Assembly: GCA_964304625.1 (NCBI GenBank)
Contig: OZ199838.1
Coordinates: forward strand, 13,211,843-13,275,842
Length of the DNA stretch: 64,000 bases
Source: Kudoa neothunni
Taxonomy: Eukaryota; Animalia; Cnidaria
Direction of reading: 5' to 3'
Shown: positions 1-14,200 of the stretch, one piece after another
Numbering within the stretch: the stretch's first letter is position 1
Layout of the letters: each line of letters starts with the position of its first letter
Position numbers and translations under genes: made by a program
Notes under the pieces: generated by a model
Told to the model about the DNA's origin: nothing
The model's input: the letters and a program-made list of their open reading frames with translations, nothing else
Database searches by the model: none

Positions 1-7
1 AATGATA

Positions 8-688
8 TTAGTTAGTTATATCGAGATCCTTTCTCATTTCTAAACCATTTTCTTCCGTTCCAGTGGCAGACGATTCATAATAGTTGTTCAGAACTTGAAA
101 TACATAATAACCCAATCGAGTATACATTTGAGTAGCTACAGAGTTGGATTCACGTACAAACAAATCCACATACGATAATCTCCATCTACAATAACCGAGT
201 TACCCTTAGCAACTATCAAAAATTTGCAAAACCTACGTGTGACAATATTTCTCAAAAATATTCATTAAAGTGGTAGCTGCCTTCATTCCTCTGTAGCAAG
301 GATTGACTGTAACGGCAGAGATATGCCCATAGAGTTTTGATTCCTCAATATTTCTCTCGGTCTTTCCAAAAACTATAAACAAAACCCCTGTAAGTTTCTA
401 GTAGATTACATCGATCAACTTACAATAAGCTCTCAAATGATTATTACAATCATACATAACGTAGGCGCTAGTAGGAAAATTGGTAATGTAGTTCATCACA
501 TAATACGTGTGAAACTAGGTGTAAGTTAGTGAATAAAACAAAGTAGGTGACACTCAAAACAATACTTACAGTTTCTGTCCAATAATCTAAGTTTCTATAT
601 TGAAATTACCACAAAAAATCAATAAACATTATCACAATGATCCAAAACGTAATAGATCTTTAGCCCTCATGTAATGAATAGTGGTCAT
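8..688 (-). CDS. NAA20: N-alpha-acetyltransferase 20 (NatB catalytic subunit), 5 coding exons
   Basis: Manual splicing over four short GT-AG introns gives MTTIHYMRAKDLLRFGSLNLDYWTETFHTYY...YGHISAVTVNPCYRG...YVDLFVRESNSVATQMYTRLGY...LEMRKDLDITN*. This matches the NAA20/Nat3 motifs MTTxR, NLDxxTETY, HGHVTA, VDLFVRxSN and MRK. Confidence 0.92.
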
Positions 689-731
689 GTTTGTCCCTAG
701 AATAAAATGTGCATGCGTGTACATAAAGAGA

Positions 732-904
732 GACACTGACCATTGCTACGGATCCATGTAATCCGCGTGTGGGGGTTGTCTATTGCTAGGGGAGGGAATA
801 ACTCCAATCTACGAACTCAGTTAAAATTTGAACATCACATTTGTAATTAATGATTTTTGGCCTAACATAATTAACTGTTTTGGGGAAAATTTGAGTCATT
901 GAAA
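732..904. repeat. MULE-type long terminal inverted repeat (left copy; inverted partner at 6711-6883)
   Basis: About 170-nt inverted repeat of 6711-6883. It starts GACACTGACCATT, like the G(A/G)CACTGGCTATT termini of the MULEs at 10073-12562 and 52382-52614. A 9-bp TSD is not convincing (ataaagaga vs gaaaaaaaa). Confidence 0.7.
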
Positions 905-2494
905 TTTCTAATATTGTGACTATAAATTTCGTGTTTTATTTTTTTTATGAGTATTGTTAAATGCATATTTTAATTTTTGACTAATAAAGGTTTCTTTAAC
1001 TAAAAGACCAAATACCAAACATTGCGTTTTAAATATAAAAACGTCCACCCTATTACCTCTGATTGTACCTAATATGTTTAATCTAGCTCATCTAATGTAA
1101 TCTGTTAAAATATGCTTAACTACGCTTTTATAAAATGAAATAATTGTATTTGTTAAATATATATTTGATTTATAACTTATATTTCTATTATTACATATCC
1201 ACAAACATATTAAATATTATCGCTATTCAAGGAAAACGATTAGAACATTTTGTGTAGTGAATTCAGTAATTCTTTAAAGTCAATATATTTAAAGTAATGT
1301 TTAATTTTATGGTTAAAATCAATATAAAAGCTTACTATTTGCATTTAAATAGCGGTGAGCATAATTCTATCTTCTTAAATGTTATTGCTACAAATATAGA
1401 TAAATTATTAGATTTATTAACATAAAAATTCATAAAAACTTAAATTTTACTCCAATGCGTCATCTGAAATTAATGTCCACAATAGATGGAAACACGTTTT
1501 GAATCTCGATTGTAGTAACCTGTGTGGGAATCTAAGTTTTCACTGTAGCGTCATTTGTACGATAGAATCCTCTCCTGGATTGAAAGCTGACTTTATAACT
1601 CACTAGCTGGAACTGTCTAGCGTTGCCTGGGGAAGATTTCGCCTAGAGACGTTTTTTAATAACATTCAAAAAACATATTTAAGTTTCAAACTTACTTATA
1701 GAAACAAAATAACTAAAAATTTTTAAGCAACATACTTTAACGATTTGGATTATGAAATTTAAATTATGATCATTTCTTTGAAGGAGTATTCCAATCCTGG
1801 CGTTCATTTAAAAATTTCGTGGCTCTGCAGCAATGCTAAACAATTTAAAGTCCGCGACAGCATCGTATTTTTTTCATTCCCGAATTATTTAAATCCCGTT
1901 AGAATATTATCTAAAATGTTAATTTTTGTTCCGGAGGATTTATGAAAGTCGAATTCTGGCCCGGCAAAAAAACTGAGTATACCGCTAAGTTTGTAACAGA
2001 TAAAAAAATAGAGAAAGTAATAGAGGTAGAAGAAAACGTATGAAAATTAATGGACAATGTCAAAATTAGCATCGCTCGACTCGACATAAACATTAATGCA
2101 CTTTTCCCAAACAAACAGCTTAAAATCGCTTCAATATCAACATAAATAATTTGTATAATTAGATGAAGTAAGATTACAACCATCTGCATTGAATTTAATC
2201 ACTGAAAGTTCAACACAGAGGACGCTTTCAATGAAGTCTACGTACATGGTGCTTGTATTATAATTTATAAAGCATCAATCTATCTGATTATAGGATTTCT
2301 TACCAAATCGCTGTTAATGATGCAAACATAGATTTTTTCTCGTATTTTAAACCATTAATATAACTTTTAAAATATATATATCAAGTCATGTACCTTAAAA
2401 CGCCAATATTATATAAAAAGTCAGATGTTATGGCTTAATTTAAATTTGATAACGCATATAACGGGGAAAATTAACTTCAACCGACCGCCAGCAG

Positions 2495-4762
2495 TAAGGT
2501 TTAATTCGGTTCCGTGTTTCGGGTTTTAAAATCGGTTTTTTGTTATTTTTTTAAATTATTTAGAAGAAATGTTTAATGATTTATAAGAAAATATAAATAC
2601 AAACTATTCACTCTTAAACATACTTTTAAAAAAAAGGTTTAAAATTATCTTACAGTTTAATTAATTTTGTACTCTTTTTAAAAAATTAAATTCTCAAAAT
2701 ATGATAGATCCTTCCTTTTAAAAGTGGTTATAGTCTATTTATGTTAGAATTCTACATAATGCATCATAATAAACATCATTAGAATCAAACAAAAATTAAT
2801 TATTTCGGTTTTCATAAATAAACACGATAGTGTCGAGTTTTGAATCGCTCAATCTTGTTTTGAGTGGGGTTATGATGTGATTACACAAGGAAAGACATCT
2901 TTCGGAATCAATGCTCGTGGGTCTTATGTTAGAAAGGGATTTTCGAACTCTTTCTAAGCGATCCGTCGTCACGCCATGACATGTAAAATTGAGGATTTCA
3001 TCCGAGTCGGTAAGTTTTAAACGCTTGGGCTCGGAAACGTAATTTATCAAATCTTCCAAGTCCAAATTAGACTCTGGGGCTTCACTTTCAATTTGATTAA
3101 CTGGCTCAACAAAGTTTATCGCTTCCTCTAGCTCAAAATGTGACGGTCTTCTGTAGAAAAAGCTTTTGTCACAGATTTTTGAATCAAAACTTAGATTCAA
3201 AAAAATGTCCGACCCAATTGTCCGTCTTTCTTTGCAGCGCTTGATGACGTTTTCTTTTAATTTCGATGCAATTGATCCCTCAATATGTGTGAGTTCATTT
3301 ATTGTGCCTGTCAATATAAAATTACATTGCGCCAAATTAATAACCGACTCAGACAATTTAAGAACAGCTCGATGTATAATTTCAAGGGATGATGTTAGTT
3401 CCTTTATTGTAAATCATTCATAAAAATATTATGTAAGTAATTACATTGATGAAAATTATTTCGTCCTTGTCTACTGATAATTCCTTTTCCAGAATAGAAT
3501 AAGTATGCTCTATTGCCTGGTACATTTGAACAAACTTTATCAACATTTGATATAAGCTGGACCAACGTGTGACACAATCAATATTTAGAGATAAATATTG
3601 TATTCCCTTTCCTCACACGACTTCCTTAATGTGTCGGTAGCCAGTCCAGATCTTGAAAAAATTGATAATTGACCTGACCCGAGAAACAACATCAAAAAAG
3701 TTGGACATGAGAACAAACTCCTGCTCATCAAATTCTAATTCATCAGATTCCAGCTATTCTGTTATCATTCCTGTATTTTCTATCCGAAAACTATAGGTTT
3801 CTTTGTACACTGTGTCTTTAACAGCTATAAGTTAAGTTATTCTAGGATTGTCACTTGACAACACGATTACCCAAATTTAGGCCGTGAAGCATGTACTTTA
3901 TCTGCTGAAACCCCAACTCATACGTACATTTTGCCATGTTCGAAGCTCCATCAGTTCACATAAATAATGAATTGACTCCAAATTTGCAGAGTTGTTTATT
4001 TATTAATGAAGCCAATTCTACACCTGTGCATCTTTCTGTCACTCTTGTTACACCCAGAGAGATTTTTTTCCCCTCGAAATAGGCTTGGATATTAAGGAAA
4101 CGTTTATTTGACCTTGATGTCCACTCGTCACAATAGAGTGCAGGTCTTGAGTTTGACCCAGCAAAGATTTTTTTAATTTTCATTGTCATTGAGTTTTCCG
4201 CAATGATTAATGCATTAAAAATTGCGTCATAGGACACTGGAACTTCTTTTCCATGTGCCTTTTTGAACAGTTTTCTTAAAGTTATACTGCTGGCAATTTT
4301 CCAAATTGGAATATTGTCGACAACAATCAGTCTCGCGATATCTGAGTCAAGATTTGACTCCCAGAGACCTTTGTTGACAAAATTGTTAATTATGGGTTGC
4401 GTTCGAACGATTCTAATTTTTATTTAAAAATATTAATGATGTTGAATGACTTTGATTTTGAATCAATCCCATGCGTCTTGGCATGTGAATGAAGTGTGCT
4501 CGTTGAGCCTTTTTTGCAAACAAGTATAGCATTGTACTTTTTGCATTTTGCCTTCTCATCGGCTAGTTAAACAAAAAATTCCAAATAGCGCTCACCATTT
4601 TTGACCAATTTTATCACCGTTAAAACACGTGCAATTCCACGAAAATCTTATGCTCATTTAATACATTAAAAAGTTTTCTTTATTTAGAATATGATAAATA
4701 CTTAACAAAAATTTTAAAATCGGTTTCGGTTTTTACAAAAACCGAACCGATCTTAAACCTTA
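2495..4762 (-). mobile_element. hAT DNA transposon with degenerate transposase
   Basis: TIRs TAAGGTTTAATTCGGTTCC / TAAGGTTTAAGATCGGTTCG and 8-bp TSD gccagcag/gtcagcag. Minus-strand remnants include a BED-finger-like segment (~4480-4560), the catalytic-Asp region LYCDEWTS (ORF 3956-4237) and the hATC motif PTSIDSERCLS (ORF 2796-3356), broken by stops and frameshifts. Confidence 0.9.
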
Positions 4763-6710
4763 GTCAGCAGGTCATAAGCAGATGTTAATCCTATTGTTGA
4801 ACTCTAGTAATCTGATAAATAAGCTTTGAGTCGACAAAATCACCATTTTTAAACACTTTCAGGAACATTTTGTAATGTGAAAACGATTTAAAAATTTGTT
4901 GAAACATTATGATATTTAAAAAACTTCATAAATGTCTCTCTATAAGGAAAGAATTTTAACGCACATGCGTATTTGCTGACACACACGGACACTTCAGCTT
5001 TACGCATATAGTAGCTAATAGATTAAAAAGCCATATTAATCCTTATGAATACCTCTTTTCTTGCAAATTAAAAATGAAGGTGTTGCATTCTTGCATTTAG
5101 CTCCACAGTACAAAATATCACGCGATAGTACACCAACAATATAATAATAGGTTATCTAGTTAATCTAAGGTTCGTTTCCGGGCCTGAATCAGCCGCCTCT
5201 TAATTTCTCATCAGAGATTAGCGGTGCCGCCATTAACTATCACAGAAGGAATTGCGAAAAATATAAAATTTCCAGTCTACAATTCGAAAATATTTTAATG
5301 AAGATTTAATTTTCTACGAAATATAGTTTGTATTCTTTTGGACTCTCTATAAAAAAAGAAATCTTAAAGGTAACAAAAATTATCAACATATAGAGGTAAC
5401 TGCCTCTCTAGCATTACTTTTTGAGCTAGTAACAATATGGAAAATTTTTCATAATCATATTTTTTAATGAGATACATAATCATCGTTGTAGTGCTTCGAT
5501 ATACAAATTTCTACCTCACCGGCAAAAAGTCGATTTCTCAGATAATCATCTTTTTGAATTAATATCACTTGGATTTAATAAAGAGAGTATATGAAAAATG
5601 TAATGCTATGAAACGAGTAAAAATATCACCCTGAGATCCCTACACAATGTGAAAACAAGAGGAATAACCAACATGGATATATTTATGAATATCAGTATGC
5701 CAGCTCACAATTTTAATTGTGATGTTAAAAATAAAAATAATATTATTTGATTATTTATGTTTGACCATTTAATGCGACCGACTTTCAATTTTGTTGAAAA
5801 TTTGTGCTAATGAAGACAATAAGTAAACTTTTGAACTCGCGGTGATTGTGAATTCAAATATTTTTGATAAATTCCATAATTTTTATTCTTATTAATGCAC
5901 CCTTGTATGAAGCTTCTGCTAACGACCCTATTTGAGCATTTCGCATAATTTATGCTTGCATTTTGTACGAATAAATTCCAGCAGACATTAATGGCTACTT
6001 GAAACAAATTTTAGAATGCATTCCTATTTTAAACATAAAATTATGTATCATTGTTACTGTTGAGAACATAAAGTGAGGGAATTTGGGTGTATTGTCTATT
6101 CAAATACCCATTTTTTACCTGTAAACTTTGTGTAATACAAATATTTCAAATGAGGTTCGCACAAAATATTACGAAATAACAACTGATACTCGAAATAAAA
6201 TCATTAAATATTAACAAATGTTAGTTAGAGTTATGATTCCCACCGAGAGTGAAAGCAATCGGATGACCTAAAAAATCTAGGCTAACAGTCATTGTTTTTT
6301 CTAGAATAAAAACCCATGAAAAAATAATATATTATCTATTTAAAATATTAACTGTTTATTTAAAAAAGTTTCATTTGGGCACAAAAATTGTATCATAATC
6401 AGTCTAATACAATATTTCTAACTCATGTGTTTAAGAATTTTCATAAACTAATAATTTATTACCTTACTATTTAGAATTTCAAATTATACAAATATGCCTC
6501 CCATTTAAAATAAGTGAGCAGTTGTCACGAAATTAAAAACGTTTCTTGGCGCACGCTCATATGAATAGAAGTCAAAATTGTTCATTTCATTTGAGCGATC
6601 TCCTTATTAGCTAATTTTACGCGAACAGTTTTGCATAGTAATTTTATTAAACGTTAAAAAGATGAACTAAAGCTATTTTTAACCAAAATTCCTTACAATA
6701 ATGTTGTATT

Positions 6711-6883
6711 TTTCATTAGCCCAAATTCCATCCAAAACAGTTAATTATGTTATGCCAAAAATCATTAATTACAAATGCGAATTTAAAATTTTATGTGAAC
6801 TTGTAGATTCGGAGTCATTCCCTCCCCTAGCAATAGACAATCCCCCTTGCGGATTATACGGATTCGTAGCAATAGCCACTGCC
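6711..6883. repeat. MULE-type long terminal inverted repeat (right copy; partner of 732-904)
   Basis: Reverse complement begins GGCAGTGGCTATTGCTACGAATCC and aligns with 732-904. Confidence 0.7.
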
Positions 6884-6993
6884 GAAAAAAAATAAACCTA
6901 TCCCTCAGTAACGAATGTTACGCTAAAACTGATCATACCATTATATCTCTACTTTCGGTAGTATCGTACCAACCTCACTTTATCACTTTATAG

Positions 6994-7536
6994 CAAGGGC
7001 CGGGAACCATTTTTGGTGGAAGAGTCATACACCATGTTTTAAAACTAAAAATAGAAGTGTATGTGCGCGTTCTATGTAATTCCAATACTTTAAAGTAAAA
7101 AAAGTCCTTAAATTCTTTTAATAGCATTTTTATGCTATTGTTAATCAGTGAAGAATATTTGTCATCATCAATGTGACTTCGGGTTCTGCATGGGTTTGCA
7201 GACTGCTTTGCAGTCTGGTTGATACGTGGTAAGATTAAACTTCATGCAGGCACTTAGACATCCATCCGTTAAAATTCACCATAGTTCGATCTTAATGTCG
7301 CTTAAATGTAGAAAGGTTGCTCACATACAAACGTAAAGTTAAACATTTTCATTACGGCCGTACTTGCACGCTGCAATGAATGATATAGTAAGTAACCAAT
7401 TTTCCATAGTGATCGTTTCGGATATGTACAAAGGAGTTTAACAAAACATTTTTTAAATTGAAAACTTGTTCGCGAGCCAGACGCAGCCCTCCAACGAGCC
7501 ATATCTGGCTCACGAACCATAGGTTCCCGACTTCTG
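6994..7536 (-). mobile_element. Buster/Charlie-subfamily hAT internal-deletion derivative
   Basis: TIRs CAGAAGTCGGGAACC / CAAGGGCCGGGAACC and 8-bp TSD ctttatag/ttttatag (nnnTAnnn). The interior encodes a decayed Buster transposase C-terminus: ...MFNFTFVCEQPF...LTDGCLSACMKFNLTTYQPDCKAVCKPMQNPKSH*. Confidence 0.88.
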
Positions 7537-8242
7537 TTTTATAGGGATGTCCTTGTTTGTATTATGGGTAGAACGGATTGTATTGATTTACAAAAAAACG
7601 AAAGACCCACTCATCAAAATTCAAAGCGCATTACCTTATCTAGAATGTGTACGATCAATTTTTAAAGATAAAATAAATTTTTATAGATTTTGTTATGCGG
7701 CGTTATTGTAGAGCTTATACGCTCAACACTATAGCATTTAAGCAGTATAATCTTGTGTTTATTTAGCAGGTGTATGTGCAGTAGTTTTGCTATAGTCATA
7801 TTGAACGAGATTAATATAGCTCCTTAATGAATGAACCGTTCGTTAGCTCGCGTGAAGCTTATCTCTTAAAGCTTAATTCCAAAAGTTTTCTCTTTAGTCT
7901 ATCTTAATAAAACTTTAAATGCTAATTAACACATAAACTTCACCTTTTTAACTGTTTTTAACATTAGTTTTGAAAAAATTGAGTGTTTTTGATATACATA
8001 TGCGGTCACGTGATCACTGTAAGTTGAATCTGGCTGGATGAACTTCGAGGTGATTTGTTGAAAGTTCGATTGAATTCGTTGATTTCTTCTGGCTGTTCAT
8101 CCCAAAACAATACGTTACTGCCGTTAGTGTTTTGACTGAAAGTGTTTATAATCGGTGATGTTACAATTTTAATCTGTGCCCCTAGAAAGCGGTTGTTTTA
8201 CAGCGTAAACACAAAGAAATCATCGCCATTTCATTTGACGAA

Positions 8243-11200
8243 ATGACCGAGCCAAATTCCCACTTGAAAACATCCGAAAATTGTAACCAACTATCAACAA
8301 CAAATGCTGGTACAAAATTATTGACTACATTGATTTGAATCTCTTTCCTAATATCACACAATAGAAAAATCAGCGTCTGATGTTCCTAAAAAGAAAAGGT
8401 TATCCGATTTCAAATTATCTCGAGTATTGGGTGAAGGTTCATATTCTACTGTGGTCAAAGCAACAGAAATTTCCACTGGAAAACAATGCGCTCTCAAAAT
8501 ACTCTCCAAAATGCACATAATCAAACAGAATAAAGTTCATATTGTTAATCGCGAGAAGAAAATATTGGCTATGTTGTCTAAAAGTCAGTTTTTTGTAAAA
8601 TTATATTGCACATTTCAAGATGAAGAATCATTGTGTAATATTTGTTGCTGTTATGAAATGTGATGTATGTATGTAGATTTCGTGTTGTCGTTGGCTGATG
8701 GGGGTGAATTGTGGGATTATATCAGGAAAGTAAATAGGCTGGCGTTAATCGGGGATTTTATGATAGGATTCTATTTAGTTGGGGAAATTCTCGCTTGATA
8801 CTACTAGATTTTATGCGGCTGAAATATTTAGCGCTATCCATCACCTTCATAGTTTAAACATAGTCCATAGGTAATTCGGTATGCGCGCTCTCCTCTACTT
8901 CATATTCCATCAGGGATATGAAACCGGAGAATATACTGTTAGATGATAGACTTCATGTGATGATAACTGATTTTGGAACATCGAAACTTTTGAATGACAC
9001 CGATGAGGTTAAGAGTGACGATCAACAACAAACTTGTGTCGGTCGTAGACGTGCCAACTCTTTTGTTGGTACCGCTCAATATGTATCCCCGGAAATGTTA
9101 AATCAATCTTATTCGTGTAAAAGGTATGCTGCGTACGCTTATGCCGCCTTTTCAAAATATAACAAATTAGTTCGGATATTTGGGCTATTGGAGTTATTAT
9201 CTTTCAAATGATGACGGGAAAATTCGCCTTCACCGGAGTGTATCTAAGATCTTAGCGGATTTTTGCGGTTGAAGTTTATTGGTTTTGTAGCAACGAATAC
9301 CACATATTTCAAAATATCTCAAAATTGGAATACAACATGCCTGATGATGTTATCGGTCCTGTTAGAGATCTTATTGAAAAAATACTTGTATAGTTTGTGC
9401 TTAAGGAACATTATCGGATAAGCTATCCAATATTAAGGTGTTAGATCCAAATGAACGTTTCGGCTGTGAACAAACTGGGGGTTTCCTGAGTGTTCAGCAG
9501 CACCCCTTTTTCCAAGAAACCAATTGGGATAATCTGGCGGAGCAAGTCGCCCCGTCCGAACTTAAATCAATATATGAGGAGAGGAAAAAGAAATTGCGCC
9601 GACAATCTACCAACGATGACAATGAAGAATCGCTTTTCTCAAAAAGAAACTCAAAAAGTAAGCATCCATCTTGATTTTTTATCATCAGTTTTCATTTTGT
9701 ATATTTCCGCTTAAATACCACCCTGTTGGCTGAACAGGCATTGTTTTTTGCTAAGCTTTATAATGAAGTCGAGTTCGAGTCGAAATTTTTCGGATAATGT
9801 GTTGAGATATTCGAAAATTAGAGAGTTTTTTTGACTTTCTTCGTTGAAAAATAAATTGACTAGGTTAGATGGGTTTTTGTTACTTGTAAGCATGCTTTAC
9901 AACATGGGTTCTCAACCGGGGGGGAGTTCTAAATGACAGGGAGTAAATTAACTTCAAAAATGGGTTGGGGTAATTCTTACAGAATTTGGTTTGTGATATA
10001 CCTAAGGATTTCTAAGTCATTATATTATTCAGGACTATTAAACTCAATAATAAGTTGGCTGATATTCTTAAAGGGATTGGCTATTTCCACGGTGCGAATT
10101 ATTTTCTAGTTTTCTAATGAAAATTAAAATCTGATTTCAGATATATGTTTAGCTAATTTTTACGTATACGAATTTTATCTTTGTTACGAAAATTTTGGTG
10201 ATAAATATTATTTTTATATCCTATTATAGAATTTAACTATTATTTTCATTCCTAATGTCAGAAAATGTTTGCTTCGGTACCGATGAAATGATATGTACGC
10301 TACACTTGTGATAGATGCGCGCTAACGAGACAGACTGTGATTGACTGTTTCGGGTATTGACACAGCATGATTCAACATAAGTTGAATTAAATTTTACAAT
10401 TATTAGTATATTTTTCGTTATAAGGTAATGTAATTTTTCTATATTGAATTTGAAAAGTTATATAAGTTAGGCTTTGCGCTCAATATATTTAAAAAACAAA
10501 ATTATCGAGTAAACGACAACGAAATATCGTGTTTTAAGAATTCTATTGTTCATATACTAAAATTTTTTTTTATTTTATTTTGTCATCTTTGGAAGCTCAA
10601 AGCAGTAATTCTGCTTCCTTTCGACCTTCCTGTGGATTTTATTTTAGAAGAGAGAGGAAAATCTAAACTAAGATAATATTTGTTAGTTGTTAATATTCTA
10701 TTTTTGAATTTTTCAGGTATTAATTGCTCTGATTGAGTGTAGTTTGACGTGGATTGCATCGAACAATTGCATCTAATTTTGTTCATTTAAGAAATTACAG
10801 AATAAGATACCATTTATTTCATCTGTCATAGCTGCGGGTTCTTCTATAAATATGAGAATTTATGATTAATGCCATATCAATAATTTTACTCGACAGCTCA
10901 ATGTCAGAGTCAACGCAACTAGCTATATTTACCGGATCTTCATCGTTGCAATCATGCTTCACTAAAGTACTCATTATTTGTGTATAAAATATCACCTACT
11001 TGGTTTTATCACAGTAGCCAGTTTTTATCGTTATTTTTAATAATACTTTCTAACTCTTTAAAAGCATCTAAACACAGTTCGTATGAGGTACCGCAAAATT
11101 CAGCTGAGGCAGCTGCTAATTTATTTGTGTAAATTGAAGATAATCTGAAACTTTGAATCGAATTCTTTGCTTTAACTGTTACGATTGAATTCTCCGATTT

Positions 11201-14200
11201 TAACGTATTTTTTCCAGTCGTAAATGTAATTAAAAATTCAGAAACATGTCGTTGAGTTCATTGACAATGGCACAAAGATTCATCGAAGATTTCGACCACA
11301 TTTAACGCTCTTTGATGGAAAATGTGTACACATGGGAGGTTGAATGATAGATATTGGAGACAATTACATGTGTTGATATTTGAATTATATGAATAATCCT
11401 TTAAACTTTTGAGTTTTCCTAATTGCGACAAAGTTATATTTGCCGCAAACGGAGTAATTAATTGTTAAACCATTGTCATGTTTCATTTATCATTGAATGA
11501 GGTTTAATAAGATCTGAAACAATTTTATTTTTCCTCTCAATTCTAATGGATTCTAAATATTTGAAAAAATCCTCAGGAATCGAGAGTTTTGTAACAATGG
11601 TTTTGAGCTGTCCAGTCATTGCCTCTAATAGATTGTTAGTGGTGTTATTGAAACAATTTTTGGCTGAACTCAAACCAATAACCTAATATTTAGCTATGGG
11701 GTCCCAATTTTTTTCGAAATATGAACTGAATTCAGTAACACCATGTAGGAAAATTTTGACTTTCAATTCAGCATATTCAGTTTTTGGCGTTGTATACATC
11801 ATTTTTTGAAGAATTACCAGAAGTGGCTTTTTCTTTTCAATATCCACTATATACTTTTTAGAAGGATTTCTCGTTGGAAGGTCTGATTAACGTGAAATCT
11901 ACAGTGATTAGGGATGCTTCGTTAAAAGCTTCTTTTACACATTTTCTTAGGATGCGATCGATCCTTATCAGCAACTATCGTCGAAAGTTTGAGCTTTAAA
12001 CAAAAAGCAGCGTCTGTTAGCTCATCTAAAAGCTATTTAATTGTTTATTCGGTTTCCTCATATCATATACACGCACTTGTAATGTACATTTGATCGCACG
12101 AGTCGTGTTGCTGTTATGTAAAGCGGAGCTCTAAAACTAATAAGCTAGTCAGTTCAAATTATTAACTTAATTGAATTAAGCAGTTTATATGGGACATCCA
12201 TAAACATAACCTCTGGGAAGTAGTTGATTATATTTTCCATTTTTTCATCAATAAAAAATATCCCGCTTACGGAATTTTCACTGACCAATATTTTAACTTC
12301 ACCCTTATAATTTTCTTTTAGAAGCATTACAACTGAGTTGACATCTTTTACTTCGCAGGAGAAAATTTTTTTATATGATACCTCTAAACCTTTCATTTCA
12401 AGCATTGTAACGGTGGTGACGTGTAAATATTCATCACAAAAATTTTCGTAAAAATAATATAATTCTTATAGGTAAAAATTAGCTAAGCACATATATGTTA
12501 TCAGATTTTAATTATCATTAGAAACCTAGAAAATATTCCGCACCGTGGAAATAGCCAGTGTCATCCTTAAAGTGTTTTTAGAAACAAATATTAATAAAAC
12601 TATAAACAGTCTCTTTCTTTTATGGCTCGTTTATTTTTTAGTGATATAACCTAATTATAATACTTAATGTTGCAATCTTTGCGATAAGTAATATTTAAGC
12701 GTCACTAGTTTTGACCATTTTTAATTATTTCTGACCTCCAGGAGGGAAGGAAGGGCCAGAAATAATTTAATGTAGAAGCATCTAATAAAATTAAATATGT
12801 AAACAGCTTGTGATTTAGAGTTTTTGGGTTAAAAATTGACGTTATACAAGCATCAATACTTTTAGGATTAGAATTTACCATGTAAATAACCTCTGCCTAG
12901 CTAAAACGATATAAAAACTTAAAGTAGATATGAATTCGGTTCCCAAGATATGAGGGTATACTTGAAAAAATGGTTGAGAAACCCTGCTCTCTAGGGGGGC
13001 TATTACACTTAGTAGGGGATTTTGGAGCATTGCTGTTCCATTAAGATTGATTTTTACATTTACATCCTTCATAAGTTTATTAGTAAAATTACGAAAAAAC
13101 CAAAAATAACATTTGTCGGTATTAGTTTTCAGGGAGTATGGTCACTCAAAGTTTTAATACCCGCCAACACACAATGATTTATGTATTTTGCGTATTCAAT
13201 AAGAAAATCAAAATTATTGTGCGAAATCCATAATTGACTCATGCGCATTGAAAATAGAAATTTTTTTACTCCATTCTAAATAAAGAGAGCAGATAATATT
13301 TATTATAATTTTTTAAATATGTATAAATCTTTCCCATCTAAAGTTAGATCCCCAAATCGAATAACTTCTTTTTTTCGCTGAATCATAAGGAAATTAGAAG
13401 CATTACGGGAAATCCATGTCACTGTATTCTTATTAATGCGTATGTACATATCAGAGTTTTTAATTGTCGAGAAATGAACTAATTTTTTTCTAAGTAATTC
13501 ACGAAAAAGTTTCACTGGTGTATCACAAGGTCCGATCTGGGATTCGAACCTGCGTTATTAGCATTAAAAGGCGGTGGTGTCATACTACTCTGCTCTCGAT
13601 CGCGCGTAAATGATTGGTGAATTACAACCCTTATAATCCATATGTTACAACTGACATAACAATTGAATGTTGATCATTTGAAATATTCGTTGAGTAAAAT
13701 TCAAATGAAAGAAACTGAGTTTATCATCTAATGATACTAATTGAAGAGCTTATTTCTTCGAATATTGTTTTAAATAAATTACTAAAATTTACTTACTTGT
13801 TAAATAAGATAAATATCGATTTATTTAGCAAAAGAATAGATTTGAAAATCAATTTTGGTCTCTTTAAGTTTTATTTGTAAGAGAAATGTCTAAGGATTGG
13901 AATTATAAAAACAATTATTCCATTAAAAATAAAATTGAATATTATTAAGTTTGAATTGGATTTTAAATATGGGTTATTGTAATTTCTACTTTGGAACATG
14001 AAATTACGTGATATAGGTTTTGAATTTGGGCAATTTCTAACGAGTACTTGGCACTAGGAAAAAATCCTCTAGGATATCATTAATTTAAAATTATGTCGTA
14101 TTAAATAAAAAAATTGATATGATATTTTGGTCCGTAATTAAAATATGTTATACTCGTTAATTCTCGAATTTTTTAATAAGAGGAAATGTCTTTTAACTCG

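Noticed and set aside
5170-5235. Hammerhead ribozyme-like CTGATGA...GAAAC on the minus strand
   Set aside because: Stem II does not close directly after CUGAUGA, and I found no stems I/III with an NUH site.
6865-6883. 7SL-like AATAGCCACTGC
   Set aside because: It is the MULE TIR tip, and no SRP helix 6/8 motifs are present.
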